DNA from: a virus
IMG/VR virus record: IMGVR_UViG_3300006339_000005
Span: 62,587 to 126,586 of that record
DNA: 64,000 bases
Direction: 5' to 3' (one strand)
Shown here: positions 10,319 to 20,238 of the stretch, in pieces
Position numbering within the stretch: the stretch's first letter is position 1
Layout of the letters: the number at the start of each line of letters is the position of its first letter
Notes under the pieces: generated by a model
Database searches by the model: none
Told to the model about the DNA's origin: nothing
Seen by the model: the letters and a program-made list of their open reading frames with translations, nothing else
Program-made: the position numbers and the translations under genes

Positions 10319-10762
10319 ATGCCTAAGTTCGCCCAAGGACGTTATACGTTAAAAAATGATAACAAGTACCTAGGTAGAAAAACTCCTTTATATAGATCAA
10401 GTTGGGAATTTGCTTTCATGCGTTTTTGTGATGAAAGTCCTTCAGTAGCAAAGTGGGCCAGTGAGTCAATTAGAATTCCTTACAAAGATCCCTTAACAGG
10501 AAAACTTACAATTTATGTTCCTGATTTTATGATTCAATATACTGATGCTAAAGGCAAAGGTCATGTTGAGGTAGTAGAAGTTAAACCCCAAAATCAAATG
10601 ACTAAAGAAGGTGCTGGGCGAGACAAATATAAACAAGCCCAATATGTAAGAAATATGGCCAAATGGGAAGCCGCAAGAGCTTGGTGTAATCAACGTAAAA
10701 TTTTTTTTCGTGTAATTAACGAAAATGACATATTCCATAAGCCAAAAGCGAAGCGTAAATAA
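10319..10762 (+). CDS. Head completion nuclease (T4 gp4-like, TnsA/PD-(D/E)xK fold)
   Basis: YRSSWE..WASE..IPY..YVPDF..EVKP..KWEAARAWC. Confidence 0.9.
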   Translation: MPKFAQGRYTLKNDNKYLGRKTPLYRSSWEFAFMRFCDESPSVAKWASESIRIPYKDPLTGKLTIYVPDFMIQYTDAKGKGHVEVVEVKPQNQMTKEGAGRDKYKQAQYVRNMAKWEAARAWCNQRKIFFRVINENDIFHKPKAKRK

Positions 10763-10776
10763 CGATAAATATCAAC

Positions 10777-11265
10777 ATGACACAGAAATTAGAAGAATTA
10801 TTAAACTTACCTGAGTCTAAAGAGATTATAGACGAAGCGAAAAAGAAAGCAAAAGCTGAAGCAAAACAGGAACAAAAAGAAACGTTCCGTGAAATAGCTG
10901 AATTTGATAAAATTACATCCGCTTTACCTCAAGTAAAAGGACTAGGTCAATTAGCAGATACAGAACTTAATGAAGTTGCTGATAAAGCCATGTCAGCTTA
11001 TGAAGATTTAATGGATCTAGGGATGAACGTCGAATCACGCTACTCAGGTCGTGTATTTGAAGTAGCTGGCCAGATGCTTAAAACTAGCCTTGATGCTAAA
11101 AATGTTAAGCTAGATAAGAAGCTAAAAATGGTTGAATTACAGCTCAGAAAAGAAAAAATGGATCGTGAAAGCACTATAGATGAGGGCAATCTAGTAAATG
11201 GTGAGGGATACGTTGTTACAGATCGCAATAGTCTACTAGAAAAACTAAAGAAGATAGATAAATAA
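10777..11265 (+). CDS. Probable terminase small subunit
   Basis: Helical coiled-coil protein (AYEDLMDLG, RVFEVAGQMLKTSLDAK, VVTDRNSLL), size and position upstream of terL. Confidence 0.55.
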   Translation: MTQKLEELLNLPESKEIIDEAKKKAKAEAKQEQKETFREIAEFDKITSALPQVKGLGQLADTELNEVADKAMSAYEDLMDLGMNVESRYSGRVFEVAGQMLKTSLDAKNVKLDKKLKMVELQLRKEKMDRESTIDEGNLVNGEGYVVTDRNSLLEKLKKIDK

Positions 11266-11287
11266 CATTATAACGGGAAACAAAGTC

Positions 11288-11860
11288 ATGAGTAAAACAT
11301 TTGTTGAACATCTAAATGAAGCAAAAAAGACGTATTCTTTTAAGGTAGGAATTGCGGGTGATTTACCTGCTAATTATCCGGATCAGCTAGAAGAAGCACT
11401 ACAAAAATTTAAAGTAGAAAATATGAGCCCAGGTAAGAAAACACCTATCCAAGAACGTCCATTAGATTTTCCACAATTACAAAACACCCATGTTCACTAC
11501 TATGACGTTGAACTAGCTTACCCAACAACACCACAAGTACTCCAACAGTACATAGCAATGAACTGTGGAATTCATGAGTCTTATGTTATTGTTAGAGGTG
11601 AAGGTGCACCTCAAGAAGAGTATCAAGATAAAACAAACTATGATAAAGTTTATACTCCTAGCCTAGGTACAGATTTAACAGATGCGGAAGCAGATGCACA
11701 AAAGAAAGTAGCAGGTAATAGGACTATGGACTTATTAAAAGAACTTGAAGGCGTTCGTGCAGAACGTGAAAATAAACAAGTTCCTGATGGTATAAGTGAT
11801 ACAGAACAAAAACATGATATGGGCGAGCCAGGGAAAACAAGTCCTGTAGGGAGCAAATAA
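11288..11860 (+). CDS. Hypothetical, probable virion protein
   Basis: Late promoter motif upstream; N-terminal F.EHLNE resembling a prohead protease site. Confidence 0.55.
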   Translation: MSKTFVEHLNEAKKTYSFKVGIAGDLPANYPDQLEEALQKFKVENMSPGKKTPIQERPLDFPQLQNTHVHYYDVELAYPTTPQVLQQYIAMNCGIHESYVIVRGEGAPQEEYQDKTNYDKVYTPSLGTDLTDAEADAQKKVAGNRTMDLLKELEGVRAERENKQVPDGISDTEQKHDMGEPGKTSPVGSK

Positions 11861-12861
11861 TGAAACTAGACGATGTTTATAAAAAAATAGATTCACTTAA
11901 TGATACTCAAACGAAGGAATTAAATGAGATTGCTTCTATGAATATTTCAATGAGTGGAGATACTGCTGATGACGTAGGCAAACTTATGCAGATGATGAAA
12001 CTTGCCGGCTTGAACGACGCAGGACCAATTGGTCCAGAAATTTCAAGTCCAACAGATTGCGGGAAACCAGTTGGTGGTGATATGCCAGTAAACCCAGTAC
12101 CCGGTGATGTAGAAAAATTTAGAGCACATCAAACAGACGATCCAAATATTCCTGGACAAGATGATGTTGCAGGTGATCAAGACTTAAACGCAGGACCAAT
12201 CGGAGCATTGATTGGTGCAGGTTTAGGAGCTGGAGCGGCTAAATTAGGTGGGCTTGGAACAGGTGCAACTATCGGATCAGGATTAGCTGGTGCCTATGTT
12301 GGCGATAAAGCAACTGATGATGAAAGTCTTAATGCATCAACACAAGACGATCCAAGATCGGAACTAGAAAAATTCCGTGATATTATCGACGCAGGTAATA
12401 GCGAAGAAACAGAAGACCACGGATCGAACAGTGATAGTTTCTTAACTAAAATTGCTACTAGCAATGATAGTCATGAATTAATAGATCAAGGCATGAGAGG
12501 AAACCATGGTCCTGAGATTGAACAAGCATTACAAGATATGTACAATAACGTTTCAGCTGAGCATGGTTTACATCCAGATGATGACCATGAAGCAATTTAC
12601 GATCGAATGGCCGACGATATCGAAAGTGGGTATGGTCCTAAAGAAACAGACTATGCTAATCAACCAGACGAAAAGTATGGCGACACAAAACTTATGACTA
12701 AAGATTTAGCAGGCGGACTAAACGGTCCTAAGCAATCTTATCCAAAAGTAGCAGGCGGTGATAACCCAATGTCAATTCGAGCAGAATTAACTCGTTTAGA
12801 AAATGACATTAAAGGTAAACTGTCGGCTGAGTTAAAAGAAAAATTAAGCGGAGATAAGTAA
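11860..12861 (+). CDS. Acidic probable internal head protein with glycine zipper
   Basis: Very D/E-rich; GxxxG run GALIGAGLGAGAAKLGGLGTGATIGSGLAGAYVG. Confidence 0.55.
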   Translation: MKLDDVYKKIDSLNDTQTKELNEIASMNISMSGDTADDVGKLMQMMKLAGLNDAGPIGPEISSPTDCGKPVGGDMPVNPVPGDVEKFRAHQTDDPNIPGQDDVAGDQDLNAGPIGALIGAGLGAGAAKLGGLGTGATIGSGLAGAYVGDKATDDESLNASTQDDPRSELEKFRDIIDAGNSEETEDHGSNSDSFLTKIATSNDSHELIDQGMRGNHGPEIEQALQDMYNNVSAEHGLHPDDDHEAIYDRMADDIESGYGPKETDYANQPDEKYGDTKLMTKDLAGGLNGPKQSYPKVAGGDNPMSIRAELTRLENDIKGKLSAELKEKLSGDK

Positions 12862-13214
12862 TGGCAGGCGTAACACGAGTTAACGGACTAGGCGTAACAG
12901 TTGGTACTTTATATCAACACAACGTTAAAGGTTTTTTAGTAACTGTAAAAAATGTTGGCGGTACAGCAATTGATTTAAGAGCAGAAGATGATGCTGTTGA
13001 TGAAGCTGGCGAAGTAGTTATTAAAGAAGTTAATCCTTTAATGTATCAATTAGTTGATGCTAACACTGGAATTATTTACATAGTTACAGATGCGGCACTT
13101 ACAGCGGCAGATATTCAAGCAAGACTACGTGCTTATGAAACAGTTGTAGGACCTAATAACGTTGATATTTCAGGTACTACTGTAGCAGACGTAACCGGCA
13201 TAACATTAACATAA
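12861..13214 (+). CDS. Small structural protein (possible capsid decoration protein)
   Basis: 117 aa, V/T/A/G-rich, last in late operon before strong terminator. Confidence 0.45.
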   Translation: MAGVTRVNGLGVTVGTLYQHNVKGFLVTVKNVGGTAIDLRAEDDAVDEAGEVVIKEVNPLMYQLVDANTGIIYIVTDAALTAADIQARLRAYETVVGPNNVDISGTTVADVTGITLT

Positions 13215-13250
13215 TAATATAAACAATATTTCCTCCCATATTGTAAAATC

Positions 13251-13276
13251 AAATAGGGCCTTTAGGCCCTATTTTT
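13251..13276 (+). terminator. Intrinsic terminator (possibly bidirectional)
   Basis: AAATAGGGCC-TTTA-GGCCCTATTTTT perfect stem. Confidence 0.85.
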
Positions 13277-13294
13277 GCCAATAAATACGTTATC

Positions 13295-14890
13295 ATGAGT
13301 ATAAAAAGTCTAGACGGTGTTCTTACTAAGAAGGCTCACACACGTGAGTCGTTTAATGAACAACAAATAAAAGATATTAAAAACTGTATGGATGAAGAAA
13401 CTGGGTTTCTTTATTTTTCAGAATACTTCTATAACATTCAACATCCTGTTGAAGGTAAATTATTATTTAAACCATACGACTATCAAATAAAACTCATGCA
13501 GGCATATCATGAGCATAGGTTTAATGTTAATATGCTACCACGTCAAAGTGGTAAAACAACTTGTGCTTCTGCATACCTTTTATGGTTTGCTATGTTTCAT
13601 CCTGATCAAACAATATTAATTGCCGCACATAAATTTGCTGGCGCTCAAGAAATTATGCAACGTGTTCGATATGGATATGAATTATGTCCTGATCATATAC
13701 GTGCAGGTGTAACAAACTATAATAAAGGTTCAATGGAATTTGAAAACGGTAGTAGATTAGTAAGTGCTACGACGACAGGAAATACAGGACGTGGTATGTC
13801 TATATCTTTATTATACTGTGATGAGTTTGCATTTGTTAATCCTAGTATTGCAGACGAGTTTTGGACTTCAATGTCACCTACATTAGCAACAGGTGGTCGT
13901 GCAATTATTACTTCAACACCTAATTCAGATGAAGATACATTTGCAATTATATGGAAAGAATCACAAAACAAATTTGATGAAAATGGACTTGAACAAGCAG
14001 TAGGTATTAATGGCTTTCATGGCTTTACAGCTAATTGGGACGAACATCCTGATAGAGATGAACAATGGGCTAAAGACGAAGTTGGTCGTATTGGTGAAGA
14101 AAGATTTAGACGTGAGTACGGTTGCGAATTTTTAGTTTATGATGAAACATTAATTAATGCAATTAAATTATCTACATTAGAAGGAATGAATCCTGTACTT
14201 AATATGGGTCAAACCCGTTGGTACGGTAAACCAACTGGAGATAAAACGTATGTAGTTTCTTTAGATCCTGCTATGGGTACTGGTGGCGATTTCGCGGCTA
14301 TTCAAGTAATTGAATTACCTACATATAATCAAATTGCAGAATGGCGACATAATACAACACCTATACCTACACAAATTAGAATTATGAAAGATATTTGTAA
14401 TTATATTAAAGAAACGTGTAATACTGATGGGCAAAATATTTACTGGAGTGTAGAAAACAACGCTATTGGTGAAGCCGCACTTATTGTTATTAATGACTTT
14501 GGTGAAGAGAATATACCAGGAATGTTTGTTAATGAACCTATTAAAAAAGGACATATACGTAAATTCCGCAAAGGATTTAATACTACTCATATTAGTAAAG
14601 TAAGTGCTTGTGCTAAACTAAAAACTATGATAGAAAACGATCGTATGAAGGTAAACAGCAAATTACTAATTACTGAGCTTAAAGGCTTTGTTGCGGCTGG
14701 TTCTAGTTATAAGGCAAAACCTGGTGAAACTGACGATTTAGTTATGTCCGCTTTATTAAGTATGCGTATGATTAGCGTGATGAAAATGTGGGATCCAAGA
14801 GTATACGATACATTTAATCAAGCTGATGAGGATCCTGATGAAGATTTTGTACCGCCTATGCCAATCATGGTTAGTACTCAATACAGATAA
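13295..14890 (+). CDS. Terminase large subunit (gp17-like)
   Basis: PRQSGKTT Walker A, LLYCDEFAF Walker B, ITSTPN, LDPAMG and DDLVM nuclease motifs. Confidence 0.97.
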   Translation: MSIKSLDGVLTKKAHTRESFNEQQIKDIKNCMDEETGFLYFSEYFYNIQHPVEGKLLFKPYDYQIKLMQAYHEHRFNVNMLPRQSGKTTCASAYLLWFAMFHPDQTILIAAHKFAGAQEIMQRVRYGYELCPDHIRAGVTNYNKGSMEFENGSRLVSATTTGNTGRGMSISLLYCDEFAFVNPSIADEFWTSMSPTLATGGRAIITSTPNSDEDTFAIIWKESQNKFDENGLEQAVGINGFHGFTANWDEHPDRDEQWAKDEVGRIGEERFRREYGCEFLVYDETLINAIKLSTLEGMNPVLNMGQTRWYGKPTGDKTYVVSLDPAMGTGGDFAAIQVIELPTYNQIAEWRHNTTPIPTQIRIMKDICNYIKETCNTDGQNIYWSVENNAIGEAALIVINDFGEENIPGMFVNEPIKKGHIRKFRKGFNTTHISKVSACAKLKTMIENDRMKVNSKLLITELKGFVAAGSSYKAKPGETDDLVMSALLSMRMISVMKMWDPRVYDTFNQADEDPDEDFVPPMPIMVSTQYR

Positions 14891-14898
14891 ATAATAAC

Positions 14899-17346
14899 AT
14901 GAGCACAATGGATAAAATATCAGAGAATTTGTTTGCTAAAATTAGGGGTCGATTCCCCTCAATTACATTGGGTGATGCTACTGGCGTAGTAACAGATGAC
15001 CCCAAATTAGCTAGATATTTTGATTTTGATTTCAAAGATGGTGAAGAAATATTAGGAAAAGTAAGTATAACACTTAATGAAGAAGCTGGCGTAGTAATAA
15101 CGTATAATAACGATTTTATAACTAACGAAGCAGATGATGTTAAAGATAACTGGTACAATTTTTTAAGAGAAATAAGAGTGTTTGCTAAGAAAAATATGCT
15201 AAATTTTGATACACGTGATATTACAAAATCAAATCTCGATAAACGAGACTATGCCCACTTAACTAAAACTAGCTCCGGAGACAACACAATGAGTGAATCT
15301 ACAATGTACGGGACGAGTCGAACAAGCTATGAAGATGTCGATAAAGCTCGTTTAGTACTGAAACACAATCAACCAGTTAATTTAGAAATACCTGGGTCAA
15401 GAACACAACACGTTCATAGCATTTATATTGAAAGCGACAACGGTGAAAGATATCGATACCCATATAGACACTTAAATGGTGCAAGAGCATTAGCACGTCA
15501 CGTCTCCGAAGGTGGTAATCTCTATGACGATTTTGGTAAACATATTGTTGGGTTAAGTGAAGAATTAGCAAAATTACGTCAGTTTAAAATTTATATGAAT
15601 CGTTCAGCAGTAATGGCAGAAGGACTTAAAGGTTACCTTGATGTTGTTAACGAACGCTTAGAAACAGTCAAAAAAGAATGTTTAAAATTGCAACGTGAAA
15701 ATTATTATAAAGACGCAATTGCAAACTATAAACAAGAAATACTAGAAGATGTTCCAGAAGACGTTAGTAACAGTTGGATTGATGAATTAACTATTAGATC
15801 ATTTAATGAAGAATTAAAAAGTGTATTCCCATACATTTATAAACTTATTAATGATTCTAAAAAAGTTGAGGAGATTGGTCCAGAAAATATAAACAATATT
15901 CAAGTAAATGAGTGGGTACCAGCAGTAATGTGGGGAATTACTACTCTAAGAAACTTGTCTTTGGCAAAGAAAGCATGGCAAGGAATAAAACTAATAGCTA
16001 AAGTTTCTGCTAAAAATCCAGTCAAAGCTACAGTGGCAGGTACAGCGGCGATGAACCCAGGAGCAACAATGGATATTGCAAAGGGAACAGTTGACGTTGC
16101 AAAAGGGGCAGGCGATCTAGTAGCAAAAGGCGGAGACCTTGCAAATAAGGCAGATGATACTTTAGACATGATTCAAAAAAATGTTGCTCAAGCAGGCAAT
16201 ACAATAGTTACAAATGCTAACGACTTAAAAGATATGGCATCAGGTGCCCTTGATAATTTACCAACACTTGATAATATTGCCGACATTGCCAAACAATATG
16301 CGGTACCAGCCGCGGCTGTTATGGCTGTAATTTTTGGTGGATATAAGGTAATACAATGGATATTTGGTGAATCTAATGAATCAATAAAAACTTTTGAAGG
16401 ATTTGATCCAGAAGAGTTTGACGATGAAGTAGATGTTGAATGGACTGGAGATGATGGTGAAGTAACAGGTGGAATGTTATATTACCATGCTACAGTTGAT
16501 AGCGAAAATAATACAGTAACAGTTGATCCTAAGTCACTAAGAGGTTCAGTTGATCAAGAACAAAATGCGGCTAAAGTAGATCAAGACTTAATTGATATGC
16601 AATTAAAAGATGATTGGAAACACTTTCTTGAAATAGCTCAAGACCATGCAGATGACACGTGGAGCCAAAGAGATAACAAATATGCACAAGGTGAAGAAAT
16701 GAATTTCGATCCAGTTGCAAGTTATGAAAAAGCTCTTTCTTATATTGTTGGTGAACAAGAAAATGCATTAACAGATGGTTCAGATGAAGATAAAGCACAA
16801 GCAGTTGAAAGACTTAATGGTTTAATGCGAGAGCATTTTCCAGCAGGTGTTAATGGTACAAACGCAATTGAAAGTTTAGCAGGAATAATTGACGATCCAA
16901 AATTACAAGAAATGTTCCGTAAAGTTGGACAAAAAAATTCCGATATTTGTGTAAGACCACTTGTAATGAAATGGATTAAAGCACACGCACCAGATGTACA
17001 TTCACAAGTTGACGTAGGTGATATGGAGGCAAAAGAAGCACGACCTTTAGGGCATCCAAAAGACGGCTATTATGATCCAAAAATAATTAAAACAATGCTT
17101 AAGAAAAAAGGCGACGACGAAGGTAAAAAAGATAATAAAAAACCATCGGAAAAATTAGAAGAGCTAATCAAAAGTTATTATGATTACACAACTAATAGAT
17201 TTCCAAAAGGCGAAACAGCGGTAATGACGGCTGTTGAAAAAGAATTTGGTGAGAGAAGTTTACCATATGCTGAAAGCATGATACAAAAACTATTTCATGG
17301 TCAAGATCGTGAAATGGAACGTGTAAAACAATTAGCTGGCGTTTAA
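14899..17346 (+). CDS. Large hypothetical, probable virion/internal protein
   Basis: 815 aa; GATAAATA upstream; central amphipathic segment bounded by hydrophobic helices. Confidence 0.55.
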   Translation: MSTMDKISENLFAKIRGRFPSITLGDATGVVTDDPKLARYFDFDFKDGEEILGKVSITLNEEAGVVITYNNDFITNEADDVKDNWYNFLREIRVFAKKNMLNFDTRDITKSNLDKRDYAHLTKTSSGDNTMSESTMYGTSRTSYEDVDKARLVLKHNQPVNLEIPGSRTQHVHSIYIESDNGERYRYPYRHLNGARALARHVSEGGNLYDDFGKHIVGLSEELAKLRQFKIYMNRSAVMAEGLKGYLDVVNERLETVKKECLKLQRENYYKDAIANYKQEILEDVPEDVSNSWIDELTIRSFNEELKSVFPYIYKLINDSKKVEEIGPENINNIQVNEWVPAVMWGITTLRNLSLAKKAWQGIKLIAKVSAKNPVKATVAGTAAMNPGATMDIAKGTVDVAKGAGDLVAKGGDLANKADDTLDMIQKNVAQAGNTIVTNANDLKDMASGALDNLPTLDNIADIAKQYAVPAAAVMAVIFGGYKVIQWIFGESNESIKTFEGFDPEEFDDEVDVEWTGDDGEVTGGMLYYHATVDSENNTVTVDPKSLRGSVDQEQNAAKVDQDLIDMQLKDDWKHFLEIAQDHADDTWSQRDNKYAQGEEMNFDPVASYEKALSYIVGEQENALTDGSDEDKAQAVERLNGLMREHFPAGVNGTNAIESLAGIIDDPKLQEMFRKVGQKNSDICVRPLVMKWIKAHAPDVHSQVDVGDMEAKEARPLGHPKDGYYDPKIIKTMLKKKGDDEGKKDNKKPSEKLEELIKSYYDYTTNRFPKGETAVMTAVEKEFGERSLPYAESMIQKLFHGQDREMERVKQLAGV

Positions 17347-17371
17347 AACCACTATTTCGGCAACATAGAAC

Positions 17372-17400
17372 TTGACTTACTAAATAAAAGATAGTAGTAT
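17372..17400 (+). promoter_or_regulatory. sigma70-type promoter with nested TAAATA
   Basis: TTGACT-17nt-TAGTAT; TAAATA at 17381-17386 in the spacer. Confidence 0.7.
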
Positions 17401-17467
17401 ATGTAATATGTGCTACTGCTTAAAGGCACAAAGCGAAAAAGGCTTAAAATATAAGGAGGCTTAAATT

Positions 17468-18424
17468 ATGGCTACATTAGCAGAAATTCGTGCAAAACTC
17501 AAAGAACAAGAGAATCGCTCTTCTGGCGGTTCAGGCGGTGACAACGCCATTTACCCATTTTGGAACTTAAAAGAAGGAGAATCGGCAACGATTCGTTTCT
17601 TACCAGACGGAGATGAAAACAACACTTTCTTCTGGCAGGAACGTTTGATGATCAAACTTCCTTTTGCAGGCGTTAAGAATGAATCCGATTCACGACCTAT
17701 ACAAGTACAAGTTCCATGTATGGAAATGTATGGCGAAACTTGTCCTGTATTGAGTGAAGTACGTGGTTGGTTCAAGGATAAAAATTTGGAAGACATGGGA
17801 CGTAAGTATTGGAAAAAACGTTCTTATGTATTTCAAGGTTTTGTAACTGACAATCCTCTTAAGGAGGACACAACACCAGAAAACCCAGTTCGTAGGTTTA
17901 TTATTGGTCCGCAAATTTTTCAAATCATAAAGGGTGCATTAATGGATCCTGACATGAATGAATTGCCAACAGACTATACCGCAGGTGTAGACTTTAGAAT
18001 TTCCAAAACTTCTAAAGGTGGCTATGCAGACTATTCAACTTCAACATGGTCACGTAAAGATCGACCATTAAATGAAGATGAGTATAAAGCAATCGAAGAT
18101 AATGGATTGTTTACTCTAAGCGACTACTTACCTAAGAAACCTGGCGACGTAGAAGTTGAAGCTATCAAAGAGATGTTTGGAAAATCTGTTGATGGTGAGG
18201 CTTACGACATGGACAAATTCGGAAGTTATTATCGTCCAGCCGGGATGTCAGCTCGTACAGGAGATCCTGTAAAAGCTGTAACTCCTACACCAAGTGTAAC
18301 ACCAACTCCAGAAGTTGCAAAAACAACTACTGAAGCTGTTACTACTGAAACAGCAGAAGCACCAAAACCTGGCGGCAAAGCGGAAGACATTCTTGCAATG
18401 ATTCGCAATCGCCAGAACGGCTAA
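17468..18424 (+). CDS. Single-stranded DNA-binding protein (gp32-like)
   Basis: ATIRFLPDG, CPV, KYWKKRSYVFQGFV, DFRISK, GGYADYSTS. Confidence 0.93.
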   Translation: MATLAEIRAKLKEQENRSSGGSGGDNAIYPFWNLKEGESATIRFLPDGDENNTFFWQERLMIKLPFAGVKNESDSRPIQVQVPCMEMYGETCPVLSEVRGWFKDKNLEDMGRKYWKKRSYVFQGFVTDNPLKEDTTPENPVRRFIIGPQIFQIIKGALMDPDMNELPTDYTAGVDFRISKTSKGGYADYSTSTWSRKDRPLNEDEYKAIEDNGLFTLSDYLPKKPGDVEVEAIKEMFGKSVDGEAYDMDKFGSYYRPAGMSARTGDPVKAVTPTPSVTPTPEVAKTTTEAVTTETAEAPKPGGKAEDILAMIRNRQNG

Positions 18425-18434
18425 ACAGTAACAC

Positions 18435-18460
18435 ATAAGGGGGGCTTCGGTCCCCCTTAT
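18435..18460 (+). terminator. 11-bp cUUCGg hairpin (terminator or mRNA stability element)
   Basis: ATAAGGGGGGC-TTCG-GTCCCCCTTAT; weak U-tract. Confidence 0.7.
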
Positions 18461-18482
18461 TAACTTGGATTAAGGAGATCTA

Positions 18483-19535
18483 ATGACAAATAAAGTATTC
18501 GACGTTTCTAAGTTTCGTAAAAACTTAACAAAATCAATTACAGGTATGAGCTCTGGGTTTCATGATCCAACCGATTGGATCAGCACAGGAAACTTTGCAC
18601 TCAATTATCTTATTAGTGGTGACTTCCATAAAGGTGTACCTCTAGGTAAAGTAACAGTCTTTGCTGGCGAACCAGCTTCAGGTAAATCATATTTTTGTTC
18701 AGCTAACATTGTAAAAGCGGCACAAGAACAAAATATCTTTGTTATTCTAATAGATTCAGAAAATGCATTAGATGAAAATTGGCTACAAGCATTAGGTGTA
18801 GATACTGACGAAAAGAAATTACTCAAATTAAGTATGAGTATGGTTGATGATGTTGCAAAAACAGTATCAACATTTATGGCAGACTACAGAGAAACACCAG
18901 AAGAAGAACGCCCAAAAGTATTATTTGTAATGGATAGTTTGGGTATGTTGCTAACACCTACTGACGTTGATCAATTTACAAAGGGTGATATGAAAGGTGA
19001 TATGGGTCGTAAACCTAAAGCCTTAACAGCTCTTGTAAGAAATTGTGTTAATATGTTTGGTAGTCATAATGTTGGACTAGTAGCAACCAATCACACTTAT
19101 GCATCACAAGATATGTTTAACCCAGATGATAAAATTAGTGGTGGACAAGGGTTTATCTACGCAAGTTCAATTGTTGTAGCAATGAAAAAATTAAAATTAA
19201 AAGAAGATGAAGACGGTAAAAAGGTTACCGATGTACGTGGTATTAGAGCCGCTTGTAAGGTAATGAAAACACGTTACGCAAAACCTTTTGAATCTGTACA
19301 AGTTAAAATTCCATATGAAACTGGCATGGATCCATACTCAGGATTAGTTGACTTATTTGAAAAGAAAGGCCTACTAAAACAACAAGGCAATCGACTTAAA
19401 TACGTTGATTCTTCAAAAAGAGAACATCTAGAATATCGAAAAGACTGGAGTGGTGAGAAGTTAGAGATAATTATGCATGACTTCGATAACCTCGAACAGA
19501 AAGATGTTGTTGGAGATGACGATACTGAGGAGTAA
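18483..19535 (+). CDS. uvsX: RecA/UvsX recombinase
   Basis: GEPASGKS P-loop, IDSENA, DSLG, DMGRKPK, ISGGQG. Confidence 0.95.
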   Translation: MTNKVFDVSKFRKNLTKSITGMSSGFHDPTDWISTGNFALNYLISGDFHKGVPLGKVTVFAGEPASGKSYFCSANIVKAAQEQNIFVILIDSENALDENWLQALGVDTDEKKLLKLSMSMVDDVAKTVSTFMADYRETPEEERPKVLFVMDSLGMLLTPTDVDQFTKGDMKGDMGRKPKALTALVRNCVNMFGSHNVGLVATNHTYASQDMFNPDDKISGGQGFIYASSIVVAMKKLKLKEDEDGKKVTDVRGIRAACKVMKTRYAKPFESVQVKIPYETGMDPYSGLVDLFEKKGLLKQQGNRLKYVDSSKREHLEYRKDWSGEKLEIIMHDFDNLEQKDVVGDDDTEE

Positions 19536-19542
19536 ACAACAT

Positions 19543-19776
19543 ATGGAAAGTGGATCACAGATTAGCGAAATCTGGACTTGCTTCAAAGAATACATAGACA
19601 AAAAACATATTGAAACAGTTGCAGAACGTTTTGTTGATTTATGTGCAGACTATGGCACACCAGATGAAGCATTTAGAGATGCATTAGGCATGGATAATGA
19701 ACTAGATAAGGCAATAACTTATTACTTAGATGAAGAAATGGAAGAAGATGATTGGGTTGAAGAAGAGGATTATTAA
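19543..19776 (+). CDS. Small acidic hypothetical protein
   Basis: Start refined to ATG 19543 behind GAGGAG; between uvsX and uvsY. Confidence 0.7.
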   Translation: MESGSQISEIWTCFKEYIDKKHIETVAERFVDLCADYGTPDEAFRDALGMDNELDKAITYYLDEEMEEDDWVEEEDY

Positions 19777-20231
19777 TGGGATGGTATTCTGATATTGCTA
19801 AAGACGTTAGCAAAATACCCGCGGCAATTGGTTATTTTGAACATGAATTAGACGAAGCAAAAGCCGAGGTTAGGATTAGAGGAAATGTAGAAAGGTCTGC
19901 GGCAGAGATGCCGGGGATAGTTGAACATCGATTTAATCAGCTTCAAGAACTAGAGGCAATACTAGAATACTTAAATATCGAATTACGAAGACTACGAAGT
20001 ACATTTTTTAGAAAATATTTGGAAAATTATCAACGAGCATTAAGCAGTCGTGATGTAGAAAAATATGTTGATGGCGAAGCAGATGTTGTTGATTATGAAA
20101 AAATTATAAATGAATTTGCATTAATGCGGAACAAATGGTTAGGAGTCACAAAGGCACTCGATCAAAAGCAATGGCAACTAACTAATATTGTAAAGCTTCG
20201 TGTAGCCGGAATGGAAGATGCTAGACTTTAG
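19776..20231 (+). CDS. uvsY: Recombination mediator UvsY-like
   Basis: FRKYLENYQRALSSRDVEKYVDGE..KALDQKQWQLTNIVKLRVAG. Confidence 0.88.
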   Translation: MGWYSDIAKDVSKIPAAIGYFEHELDEAKAEVRIRGNVERSAAEMPGIVEHRFNQLQELEAILEYLNIELRRLRSTFFRKYLENYQRALSSRDVEKYVDGEADVVDYEKIINEFALMRNKWLGVTKALDQKQWQLTNIVKLRVAGMEDARL

Positions 20232-20238
20232 GAACTAA

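Noticed and set aside
17409-17434. Compact H-type pseudoknot GCTT/AAGC in the gp32 leader
   Set aside because: Loop 3 would be 0-1 nt, sterically implausible; only the hairpin and repeats are kept.
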